From contig PRDT01000015.1 in the NCBI GenBank assembly GCA_003173995.1, forward strand, positions 1-33,454: a stretch of 33,454 bases of DNA, in the 5' to 3' direction. A program made the translations under genes and the position numbers. This stretch comes from Candidatus Levyibacteriota bacterium. Lineage in GTDB: Bacteria; Patescibacteriota; Microgenomatia; Levybacterales; UBA12049. This document shows positions 24,938-33,039 of this stretch, piece after piece; positions within the stretch are counted from its first letter, which is position 1, and each line of letters starts with the position of its first letter. Under the pieces are notes generated by a model. The model was not told where the DNA came from and made no database searches. It saw only the letters and a list, made by a program, of their open reading frames with translations.

Positions 24938-26235
24938 TGTCCACGTCTAAATACTGCATTTCCGCCGCCAAATCCTCCGCCAGCTCGAAATCCACCAATA
25001 CCTGTTCCACTAAATGGAGAACTTGTTGCACCACTACTTCGTGTTGTATTAAGGATACTCGTCACAACAGTATCTCCTTCAGAAACTCCAGATGTTATGA
25101 CTGTCTCTGTATCATTTGCATCTCCCGGCGTAACATCAACTGATTGAAGCTGTCCATTTTTAAGAAGTCGTATTGTTGTACTTCCTCCCTGAGATTGAAG
25201 CGCAGTGGATGGAACCAATAGTACATTATCAGTAATAGCAGTAATAATTTTTGCACTAACAGCCATATTGGGATAGATGGTATTTGCTGCACTATCAAGA
25301 GCAATAATTGCTGGATATGTGGTAACACCCGAGCTGACAGATCCGGTGGTATCAATTGAAAGCACTTTCCCAGTAAATGTCTTATCAGGGAATGCATCCA
25401 AAGTAAGAGTCACTTTCTGCCCTGCTTGGACTTTTGTTACATCGATTTCTGATAAATTGACTGTTGCTTGGATTTGACTATTTGCAAGACTAATTGTTCC
25501 AACGGTCTGAGATGAATTTGTATTGGAATTAGCAGAATTGTTATTAGAATTCTGAGATGTTCCTCCCATAAGAGGAAGACCAACACTGAGGGATAGACTA
25601 TTTACTGTACCTGTCGCAGGGGATGTGATTTCTGGTGAAATCTGTTGATAGGAAAGCCATGCACTCGTAAGATTTGCCTGAGCTTGTGCGATAACATTTT
25701 GTTGATTTTTATATGCTGCTTCTGCTGCCAACCATTGTGCATTTTCCTCAATATATGTTGGATCATCTGTTGGCAAGTTACGTGCAACAGCATCATTAAT
25801 AAATTTTTGATTGGCAACAAATTCTGCCGATTGCAATGTATACAAATTTGTATTTGCACTATCGACTGCATTTTTAGCTTGCAAATAAGATGCCCATGCT
25901 GACGCCTGCTTCTGTTGTGCATTCTGATCAAGAGAAATATCTGCTATTTTTTCTCCTTGGGTAACCGAATCACCAGGTTTGACATAAACATCTGTCACAA
26001 CACCACTTGCACCTGTGGTAATGGTGGCATTACTACCAGATGAAATGGTACCTGATGCAGAGACTGTGGTAACAAGAGTCCCTTTTTCTACAGTTGCTGT
26101 TTGATATTGAGGAGATTGTTGTGCAGAACTTACCTTTGTCCAAATGAAAAATCCCAAAACAATAAGAATAATAGCTGCTATTGCCATCTGCTTCTTACTA
26201 AGATGTTTTATTTTCTCAAAAATAGTTCTTAACAT
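24934..26235 (-). CDS. Periplasmic adaptor / membrane-fusion protein (HlyD/MacA family)
   Basis: N-terminal TM anchor, a lipoyl-like motif (GVVTDVYVKPGDSVTQGEKIADI), a long coiled-coil hairpin, beta-barrel segments, an Asn/Ser low-complexity insert and a Gly-rich tail. Confidence 0.85.
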   Translation of the reverse strand: MLRTIFEKIKHLSKKQMAIAAIILIVLGFFIWTKVSSAQQSPQYQTATVEKGTLVTTVSASGTISSGSNATITTGASGVVTDVYVKPGDSVTQGEKIADISLDQNAQQKQASAWASYLQAKNAVDSANTNLYTLQSAEFVANQKFINDAVARNLPTDDPTYIEENAQWLAAEAAYKNQQNVIAQAQANLTSAWLSYQQISPEITSPATGTVNSLSLSVGLPLMGGTSQNSNNNSANSNTNSSQTVGTISLANSQIQATVNLSEIDVTKVQAGQKVTLTLDAFPDKTFTGKVLSIDTTGSVSSGVTTYPAIIALDSAANTIYPNMAVSAKIITAITDNVLLVPSTALQSQGGSTTIRLLKNGQLQSVDVTPGDANDTETVITSGVSEGDTVVTSILNTTRSSGATSSPFSGTGIGGFRAGGGFGGGNAVFRRGQ

Positions 26236-26279
26236 GATTTTATTAACTCTAATAGATATAACTGAGAATTAGCTTAAAT

Positions 26280-27320
26280 TTATTCAACAACAACCGGCAA
26301 TGTAATCGTGAAGGTTGTTCCTTTATTGAGGGTACTTTTAACAGATATCGTTCCATTATGTAAGTCGACAATTCTTTTGGCAATAGCAAGGCCAAGTCCA
26401 TATCCTGGAATTTCCTGCTTTGTACGAGATTTGTCTGCTCGATAAAATCTATCAAAGATATGAGGAATATCATCTTCTGCTATACCTTTTCCAGCATCTT
26501 GGACTCGAATAACAATATGTCCATCTGTTTTCTTGCCTTCAATAGTTACTTTTGTATTTTCAGAACTATATTTAATTGCGTTATCAAAAAGAATAGTAAA
26601 TAACTCAGTCAGACCCTTCTCCTCACCAATAATTGTGCTACTTGGTACTTTTGATATAAGAGTAATGTGTTTGGTCTTGGCAAGGGGTTCTACTTTTTCT
26701 TTTGCGTGCCTGACAACATTTGTTAATAAAATTTTTTGCTTAATATGCTCTGGCACAGGTTTTTGATATTGAGAGAGCTTAATGAGCTCATCTGAAAGAA
26801 CCTGCAAGTGCTCTACCTCTTCCAAGTTACTTTGTAGTGTTCCTTTTGCTTGTGATAATCCCAATCCTTTATCTCTTAAAGTTACCTCTATAGCAGTCCG
26901 AAGAGCAGTGAGTGGTGTATTTAATTCATGAGATGCATCTGTAATAAATCGATTTTGTTCATCAACCATATCCTGGATTGGTCGAAGTGTTCGCCCTGCA
27001 AGAAAATATCCTGAAAGTGCAGACAAAACAAAAATAATAAGATTGACACCTAAAAGACTTTCTATAACACGCATTTTTGCTTGCTCAATAACCTCTGGGT
27101 CAGGAGTAACATGTGAAGGAAGTTCATCAAGTTCCCAGGGAGGACGGGTAATTTGTTGCATTTGATATCCAGGGTGATCAATTCGGTACTTTTGCATACG
27201 CAGTATTCGATCAAATTCATTTGTTGCACCAAAATAAATAACAGCACTAAAGGCAATACTAATTGCCATGATAATAAGAAGATACCAAGCGGTTAATTTG
27301 AGACGTGTTGAATGAAACAT
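26280..27320 (-). CDS. Membrane sensor histidine kinase (two TM helices, ~65-aa external loop)
   Basis: TM1 [22 protein letters not shown] and TM2 [21 protein letters not shown]-box [12 protein letters not shown]-box DNAIKYS, G1 DAGKGI, G2 GYGLGLAI. It directly abuts the regulator gene. Confidence 0.9.
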   Translation of the reverse strand: MFHSTRLKLTAWYLLIIMAISIAFSAVIYFGATNEFDRILRMQKYRIDHPGYQMQQITRPPWELDELPSHVTPDPEVIEQAKMRVIESLLGVNLIIFVLSALSGYFLAGRTLRPIQDMVDEQNRFITDASHELNTPLTALRTAIEVTLRDKGLGLSQAKGTLQSNLEEVEHLQVLSDELIKLSQYQKPVPEHIKQKILLTNVVRHAKEKVEPLAKTKHITLISKVPSSTIIGEEKGLTELFTILFDNAIKYSSENTKVTIEGKKTDGHIVIRVQDAGKGIAEDDIPHIFDRFYRADKSRTKQEIPGYGLGLAIAKRIVDLHNGTISVKSTLNKGTTFTITLPVVVE

Positions 27321-28001
27321 TTATTCTTTCTCTCCTATTTTATACCCAAAGCCGCGTATTGTATGAATGAGAGGTTTTTCTTTTGGAAAAGGCCTGTCAA
27401 TTTTTGCTCGAAGATACCCAATAAATACCTCAACTGTATTTGGCAAAATATCCGCATCATAATTCCAAACATGACTGATAATCTGTTCTTTGGAGACTAT
27501 TTTATTGTGATGTCTCATCATATATTCAAGAAGAGCAAATTCTTTTGCAGACAAAACAATCCTTTTTCCACTCCGCACTACATCAAAGGTATCGGTATCT
27601 AAAGATAAATCGACAACTTCAAGTCGATGCCTTGTCATACCAGAAGGTCGTCTTGTCAGTGCCTTTACTCGGGCAAGTAATTCCTCAAATGCGAATGGTT
27701 TTGTTAAATAGTCATCTGCTCCTGCTAAAAGTCCTTCTACTTTATCCTGAACTTGTGTTTTTGCCGTAAGCATGAGGATTGGGGTATGTTTGCCTTCTTC
27801 ACGAAGTTGCTGACAAATAGCAACACCATCTAGCCCGGGGAGTAATCTATCTAGAATAAGAACATCATAGAGGCCTTCTGAAGCAAGATCGTATCCGGTT
27901 TTACCATCATAGGCAATGTCGACAACAAAATGCTCTTGTTCAAGGCCTTGCTTGATAGAATGGGCAATTTTATGTTCATCTTCGACAAGGAGGATTTTCA
28001 C
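27321..28001 (-). CDS. OmpR/PhoB-family response regulator (receiver plus winged-helix DNA-binding domain)
   Basis: MKILLVEDE..., phospho-acceptor DVLILDRLLPGLDG, LMLTAK, and a C-terminal wHTH ending ...IHTIRGFGYKI. The start codon is GTG at 27999-28001. Confidence 0.92.
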   Translation of the reverse strand: MKILLVEDEHKIAHSIKQGLEQEHFVVDIAYDGKTGYDLASEGLYDVLILDRLLPGLDGVAICQQLREEGKHTPILMLTAKTQVQDKVEGLLAGADDYLTKPFAFEELLARVKALTRRPSGMTRHRLEVVDLSLDTDTFDVVRSGKRIVLSAKEFALLEYMMRHHNKIVSKEQIISHVWNYDADILPNTVEVFIGYLRAKIDRPFPKEKPLIHTIRGFGYKIGEKE

Positions 28002-28007
28002 ATTGTG

Positions 28008-28016
28008 ATTATAACA
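28008..28016 (-). promoter_or_regulatory. Extended -10 promoter candidate (TGtTATAAT) immediately upstream of the regulator GTG start
   Basis: The minus strand reads TGTTATAAT-CACAAT-GTG, so only 6 nt separate the -10 hexamer from the start codon. No Shine-Dalgarno can fit between them. Confidence 0.3.
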
Positions 28017-28102
28017 GCAATTTGCTGAAAATCTCCTGAAAATGTTTTACTACAGCTAGGTGTTTACAGATCAGAGTAATTTTTCTATAGTAAAGATAGT
28101 CT

Positions 28103-28570
28103 ATGAAACACGAGCATATTTTATCGCTTTCTGAAATAGAATCCCACTTTCCATCACCTATTAATACCAACGAGGTTCACAAGAAGAAACTTTCATCGTC
28201 AAATAAAATAGCTCTTCTTGTTACTAACCATGTTGGCACGATGGGATTTTTTCTTATTGTAGTCATGTGGATTGCCTCTTGGGTTGCCTGGAATACTATT
28301 ATTCCTCAGGAATTTCGCTTTGATCCATTCCCTGCATTTGTCCTTCTTCTTTTTCTCACTAATATTTTAGGTCTTCTTTTGATGCCTCTTATTATGGTAG
28401 GACAAAACATACAAGGCAAACATGCCGAGCTTCGTTCAGCATACGATTATGAAGTCGATAAAAAATCAGAAAAAACAATTCAAACTATTTTGCTGCATTT
28501 AGAGAATCAAGAAGAAATACTGAAAGACCTACAAAATCGCCTCGACAAATTAGAGAAAAAAAGAAAGTAA
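28103..28570 (+). CDS. DUF1003-family membrane protein
   Basis: Two TM helices flank FDPFPAFVLLLFLTNILGLLLMPLIMVGQN, followed by a coiled-coil C-terminus. This is the typical DUF1003 layout. Confidence 0.75.
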   Translation: MKHEHILSLSEIESHFPSPINTNEVHKKKLSSSNKIALLVTNHVGTMGFFLIVVMWIASWVAWNTIIPQEFRFDPFPAFVLLLFLTNILGLLLMPLIMVGQNIQGKHAELRSAYDYEVDKKSEKTIQTILLHLENQEEILKDLQNRLDKLEKKRK

Positions 28571-28574
28571 TACA

Positions 28575-29111
28575 CTACTTTGCATTGAAAGCTTGTGACA
28601 CCTTATTAATAGTATTCCAATTTCTTGTCGTGATATTTTTGCCAAATGTTTTTTCTAAAAGACGCATCATATCAGTTGTCCCTGCCCCTTCAGTAAGAGT
28701 AACTGCAATACAAATTTCATTAGAGGTCAAACGGACTACTTGAAATGCTTTATCAAATGATACTTCAAAGAGAGAATTTTCTGAAAGAAATGTGATGTAG
28801 AGTCTTGTCTCAGGCGTAACTGCAATGGCACTGAAAGGATCAGCAGCAACTATTTTTTCTATTTCTTCTTTTGTTCGGATGATTACTGGAATACTATAGC
28901 CAAATTTTTTGAACAAATGAGCGGCAATATCATGCTGTAATGCATCCTTATTGGTTGATCGACTCTCAAACAGAACATTTCCACTGGCAAGAATTGTTTG
29001 GACGTTTTCCAAACCAATTTCTTCAAATGCTTTTTTGAGATCTTCCATTTTTATGGTATGTCCACTTAGATTAATCCCTCGAAGAAAAGCTACATAGAAA
29101 TGTTGATTCAT
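28575..29111 (-). CDS. DUF1697-family protein
   Basis: M-NQHFYVAFLRGINLSGHTIKMEDLKKAFEEIGLENVQTILASGNVLF is the characteristic DUF1697 N-terminus. The track ORF extends to 29153, but the Met at 29111 matches family starts. Confidence 0.75.
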   Translation of the reverse strand: MNQHFYVAFLRGINLSGHTIKMEDLKKAFEEIGLENVQTILASGNVLFESRSTNKDALQHDIAAHLFKKFGYSIPVIIRTKEEIEKIVAADPFSAIAVTPETRLYITFLSENSLFEVSFDKAFQVVRLTSNEICIAVTLTEGAGTTDMMRLLEKTFGKNITTRNWNTINKVSQAFNAK

Positions 29112-29233
29112 CTTGCTACTATTATAGATCACAAGATAAGAAAAATACGCCATAATAGCGAGATAAATTGCTATAAGGTATATTTTGTGACTCAGATCCT
29201 TGACAATGAATAAGCATTACTGATTTACTAAAA

Positions 29234-31090
29234 GTGAAGGTAATTTTTTACCGCCTATTAGTTAGTGATTTTATTGCCGTGATTAGATTTATTGGAACTG
29301 CCCAAAGAGGGAAACAATCTCTTTTATACTACAGCCAGAATGAAGGAGGATATGACTATCTCAAAGTTACTTCAAGTCATGATGGCTTTACTTTTTCTGA
29401 CAAATCCACCTATGTCTTTGTCTTTGATCTAGAACAAAAAGAGACACAAAATTATGATTGGAAAAGTGTCAGAATTACCAAGCAAGATTCACAATATCTC
29501 CTCACCTATAATACAGATGGCAAATTATCTGCTGCATTCTCATCTGATTTAGTCCGCTGGCAGCAAACAGGAGAAATTGAAGGTATTTCTGAGACAGCAA
29601 CCGTTGTCTCGGATTTCATGCATAACAATCAATATGTTATGTATTTTGGTGATAAAGATATTCGCATTGCCTATTCTTCAGACCTTCAGCATTGGACAGT
29701 TCAGGACGAAACATTACTCAGCCCTAGAGATGGATCTTTTGATAGTTCTAATTTAGAAGTTGGTAATGCATTTGAGCTGGAAGATGCAATTCTTGTCACC
29801 TATTATGTTAAAAAAGAAGTTAATGGACAGGACAGATATTTTGTAGGTGCTGCCTATTTTGACAAGACTAACCCATCAGTATGCCTCTGGCGATCTGAAT
29901 TGCCACTGTGGGAACAAGCCAATCAGCTCCAAGGAGAGAAGCTTATGCCACTTGGATCTGTCATCATGCATGATGAATTAGTCTTTTATTGGGTACTCAA
30001 TGAGAATACAATTTTTGCTGTATCTACTCAAATTCCAGAAATTCGAGATATCCCTGAAAGCAAGGCCTTTTCTGTCCTGGTGAAGAAGTTCCACAAGAAT
30101 CCTATTATTGCCCCTCGACCTGAAGTCCCATGGGAATCACGAGCAACATTTAATAGTGCAGCACTTTATGAAGACGGGAAAGTGCATTTTCTTTACCGTG
30201 CACTTGGCGATAAGGATTTATCAGTCCTTGGCTACGCAACAAGTAAAGATGGTCTAACAATTGATCACCGATCTGACATCCCAGCATATATTCCACGTGA
30301 ACCATTTGAGACTCCTGGTGGAAATGCCTTCAAAACATTCGCTGATCATTTTGCATCCGGAGGAGGGTATGGTGGAGTAGAGGATCCACGTATTACAAGA
30401 GTTGAAGACAGAGTCTATCTGACCTATGTTGCGTTTGACGGTGCTACACCACCTCGTGCTGCAATGTCTTCTATTCATATTGATGATTTCTTGGAAAATA
30501 ATTGGGAGAGATGGGATACTCCAAAATTAATTTCAGCACCTGGTATGGTAAATAAAAGCGCCGTTGTCTTACCACGAAAAGTAAATGGGAAATATGTAAT
30601 GCTTCACCGGGTTTATCCAAATATTTTAGTTGATTATCTTGATAACTTAGAATTTGATGAATATTTGCAAGGACACTATTTCATCCCACCACGAAAAAAT
30701 TTCTGGGATAGTAAGAAAGTAGGAGCTGGTGCTCCACCAATTGAGACAAAAGATGGATGGCTTCTTATTTATCAATCAGTTGGCTATCAAGATCCGTCTC
30801 GATATAAAATTGGTGCCATGATGCTTGATATCAACAATCCAGCAAAAGTATTGTATCGAACGCACATGCCAATTATTGAACCTGTTGAACCATACGAAAA
30901 TAATGGATTTAAATCAGGTGTTGTGTATCCTTGTGGTGCTGTTATTATGAAAGATAAGTTATACATTTACTATGGCGGCGCAGATTCGTATGTAAATGCA
31001 GCATCAGCAGATATAGATACTTTTTTGGATGAAATGAAGCACAATCAAGAACCAAAATTAACGACAGTAACCAGCGGATTATTTAATTAA
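29234..31090 (+). CDS. Two-domain GH130-type protein: degenerate beta-propeller N-domain plus GH130 (beta-mannoside phosphorylase/hydrolase family, DUF377) C-domain
   Basis: The C-domain (aa ~285-618) has NPIIAPRPEVPWESRATFNSAALYEDGKVHFLYRA, GVEDPRITRVEDRVYLTYVAFDG, and GAPPIETKDGWLLIYQSV...YKIGAMMLD...YYGGADS. The N-domain keeps blade-like S-x-D-x-x-x-W motifs (SSDLVRWQ, SSDLQHWT) but has no EDPR. The start is GTG, with no in-frame ATG for >120 codons. No signal peptide. Confidence 0.8.
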   Translation: MKVIFYRLLVSDFIAVIRFIGTAQRGKQSLLYYSQNEGGYDYLKVTSSHDGFTFSDKSTYVFVFDLEQKETQNYDWKSVRITKQDSQYLLTYNTDGKLSAAFSSDLVRWQQTGEIEGISETATVVSDFMHNNQYVMYFGDKDIRIAYSSDLQHWTVQDETLLSPRDGSFDSSNLEVGNAFELEDAILVTYYVKKEVNGQDRYFVGAAYFDKTNPSVCLWRSELPLWEQANQLQGEKLMPLGSVIMHDELVFYWVLNENTIFAVSTQIPEIRDIPESKAFSVLVKKFHKNPIIAPRPEVPWESRATFNSAALYEDGKVHFLYRALGDKDLSVLGYATSKDGLTIDHRSDIPAYIPREPFETPGGNAFKTFADHFASGGGYGGVEDPRITRVEDRVYLTYVAFDGATPPRAAMSSIHIDDFLENNWERWDTPKLISAPGMVNKSAVVLPRKVNGKYVMLHRVYPNILVDYLDNLEFDEYLQGHYFIPPRKNFWDSKKVGAGAPPIETKDGWLLIYQSVGYQDPSRYKIGAMMLDINNPAKVLYRTHMPIIEPVEPYENNGFKSGVVYPCGAVIMKDKLYIYYGGADSYVNAASADIDTFLDEMKHNQEPKLTTVTSGLFN

Positions 31091-31093
31091 ATT

Positions 31094-33025
31094 ATGGCAA
31101 CACTAACACGTATCCCCGATAATCCGATACTCATACCAAATCCTGAACAAGAATGGGAACATGATGGTGCATTTAATGGGTCTGTTGTCTTTGTGAACGG
31201 GGTTTACCACATGGTCTATCGCGCACTTTCCATGCCCCGCGAGCAAAATGGTGTCCACATGCAAGTTTCATCAGTTGGATACGCAACAAGTACAGATGGC
31301 GTACATTTTGGTGAGCACCGACAACTTATTGCTCCTTCTGAAGATTGGGAAATATATGGTTGCGAAGATCCACGTATCACCTATATGGATGGGAAATTCT
31401 ATATTTTCTATACTGCCCTTTCTGTCTATCCATTTGCAGCGTATGGTATAAAACTTGCTGTTGCTATCTCACATGATATGCAGACGTTTGAGAAGCATCC
31501 TGTAACAACATTTAATTCAAAAGCAATGGCACTTTTTCCAGAAAAAATTGGTGGCAAGTATGCTGCTCTTCTTACCATGAATACTGATATGCCACCTGCA
31601 AAAATTGCACTTGCAACATTTGACCGGGAAGAAGACATTTGGTCTCCTGCTTACTGGGCACAGTGGTATGAAAATGCCAACAACCATATTCTCCATTTAC
31701 TTCGCGATATGCGAGATCAAGTTGAATTAGGTGCGCCACCTATCAAGACCGAATTAGGGTGGGTCGTCGTCTATTCCTATATTAAAGACTATATGTCAAA
31801 TGATAAAAAATTTGGCATTGAGGCAGTACTGCTCGATTTAGAAAATCCTCTGAATGTTATTGGAAGGACACAACTTCCTATGCTTACCCCAGAAGAACCA
31901 TATGAAAAAGAGGGGATTGTCCCCAATGTCATTTTCCCATCAGGGGCACTAGTCCAAAATGATAGACTATTTGTTTATTACGGAGCAGCTGATACGCGAT
32001 GTGCTCTTGCAACAGTTCATCTGAATTCCCTTCTTGATCAGATAAAACCAGTTGGTGGGACCGTTGCAACACTCTCTACATCAGGTCCTCAAAAATTTGC
32101 TCGATTTGAAGGCAATCCTATTATTACTCCAGCACTTGAGCTGGACTGGCAAGTCACTACCTTTAATCCTGCAGCAATTTATGAAGGAGGAAAAGTCCAT
32201 ATTCTCTACAGATCACAAACGCATGATGGGACATCTGTCATAGGGTATGCATCCAGTAAAGATGGCCTCCATATTGATGAGAATTTAGACGCTCCCATTT
32301 ATACTCCGAGAGAAAATTTTGAAAAAAAATCTCATCCTCAAGGTAATTCAGGATGCGAAGATCCACGAATTACAAAAATTGGTGACCGGCTTTATATGAC
32401 CTACACCGCCTATGATGGAGCCAATCCGCCGAGAGTTGCACTCACATCAATTGCCATAGCAGATTTTTTGCAAAAAAATTGGGATTGGGAGAAGCCCAAA
32501 CTTATTTCTCCTCCTGGAGTTGATGATAAAGATGCATGTATTGTTAAAAAAGTACGAGGGGAAGGATATGTTGCATTTCATCGACTTGGAGATGCAATGT
32601 GGCTAGATTTCTTAAGAGATTTGGATTTTCCAGAGAAAAAATACCTCACAGGTGGTATTGTTGCACAAGCCAGACCTGATAAATGGGATAATGTAAAAAT
32701 TGGCATTGGGGCACCACCTATTGAAACAGATTATGGATGGCTTCTTTTATATCATGGTGTTTCTCAACCTGGTTTTGTGTATAAAGTTGGCGCAATGCTT
32801 TTGGATTATGATGACCCTCGCAATATTCTTGCCCGAACTGATGAACCAATTTTTGAACCTGAAAAATCATATGAATTAAAGGGCCAAGTACCAAATGTTG
32901 TCTTTCCATGTGGAGCAGTTGTCATGGAAAATGTTATCTATATGTATTATGGCGGAGCAGATTCGGTTGTGGGTGTTGCAACAATGCCACTGCAAACATT
33001 ACTTGATATTCTCCTTGGGAAATAA
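31094..33025 (+). CDS. Tandem GH130-GH130 protein (two complete GH130 beta-propeller domains)
   Basis: Domain 1 (aa 1-~318) has DNPILIPNPEQEWEHDGAFNGSVVF, GCEDPRITYMDGKFYIFYTA, and GAPPIKTELGWVVVYS...YYGAADT. Domain 2 (aa ~335-643) has GNPIITPALELDWQVTTFNPAAIYE, GCEDPRITKIGDRLYMTYTAYDG, and GAPPIETDYGWLLLYHGV...YYGGADS. No signal peptide. Confidence 0.85.
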   Translation: MATLTRIPDNPILIPNPEQEWEHDGAFNGSVVFVNGVYHMVYRALSMPREQNGVHMQVSSVGYATSTDGVHFGEHRQLIAPSEDWEIYGCEDPRITYMDGKFYIFYTALSVYPFAAYGIKLAVAISHDMQTFEKHPVTTFNSKAMALFPEKIGGKYAALLTMNTDMPPAKIALATFDREEDIWSPAYWAQWYENANNHILHLLRDMRDQVELGAPPIKTELGWVVVYSYIKDYMSNDKKFGIEAVLLDLENPLNVIGRTQLPMLTPEEPYEKEGIVPNVIFPSGALVQNDRLFVYYGAADTRCALATVHLNSLLDQIKPVGGTVATLSTSGPQKFARFEGNPIITPALELDWQVTTFNPAAIYEGGKVHILYRSQTHDGTSVIGYASSKDGLHIDENLDAPIYTPRENFEKKSHPQGNSGCEDPRITKIGDRLYMTYTAYDGANPPRVALTSIAIADFLQKNWDWEKPKLISPPGVDDKDACIVKKVRGEGYVAFHRLGDAMWLDFLRDLDFPEKKYLTGGIVAQARPDKWDNVKIGIGAPPIETDYGWLLLYHGVSQPGFVYKVGAMLLDYDDPRNILARTDEPIFEPEKSYELKGQVPNVVFPCGAVVMENVIYMYYGGADSVVGVATMPLQTLLDILLGK

Positions 33026-33039
33026 TACGGTTATACTAT

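Noticed and set aside
870-25931. Many 60-170-aa ORFs in the track lie inside or antisense to larger genes. Examples are 870..1076, 2291..2521, 7729..8208, 8212..8493, 10153..10533, 10293..10724, 11069..11518, 18555..19073, 20088..20531, 25095..25397 and 25602..25931.
   Set aside because: Each is fully embedded in a longer ORF with clear family motifs. Their translations are low-complexity or Cys/Ile/Phe/Leu-rich, as expected from off-frame reading of AT-rich coding DNA.
29234-33025. Calling the GH130-like genes insecticidal toxins. Homologues are often labelled 'pesticidal protein Cry7Aa' in databases.
   Set aside because: The sequences show glycoside phosphorylase/hydrolase propeller motifs (EDPR, GAPPI, YYGGAD). 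They have no three-domain Cry architecture and no signal peptide, so the toxin label is a known annotation-propagation artefact.
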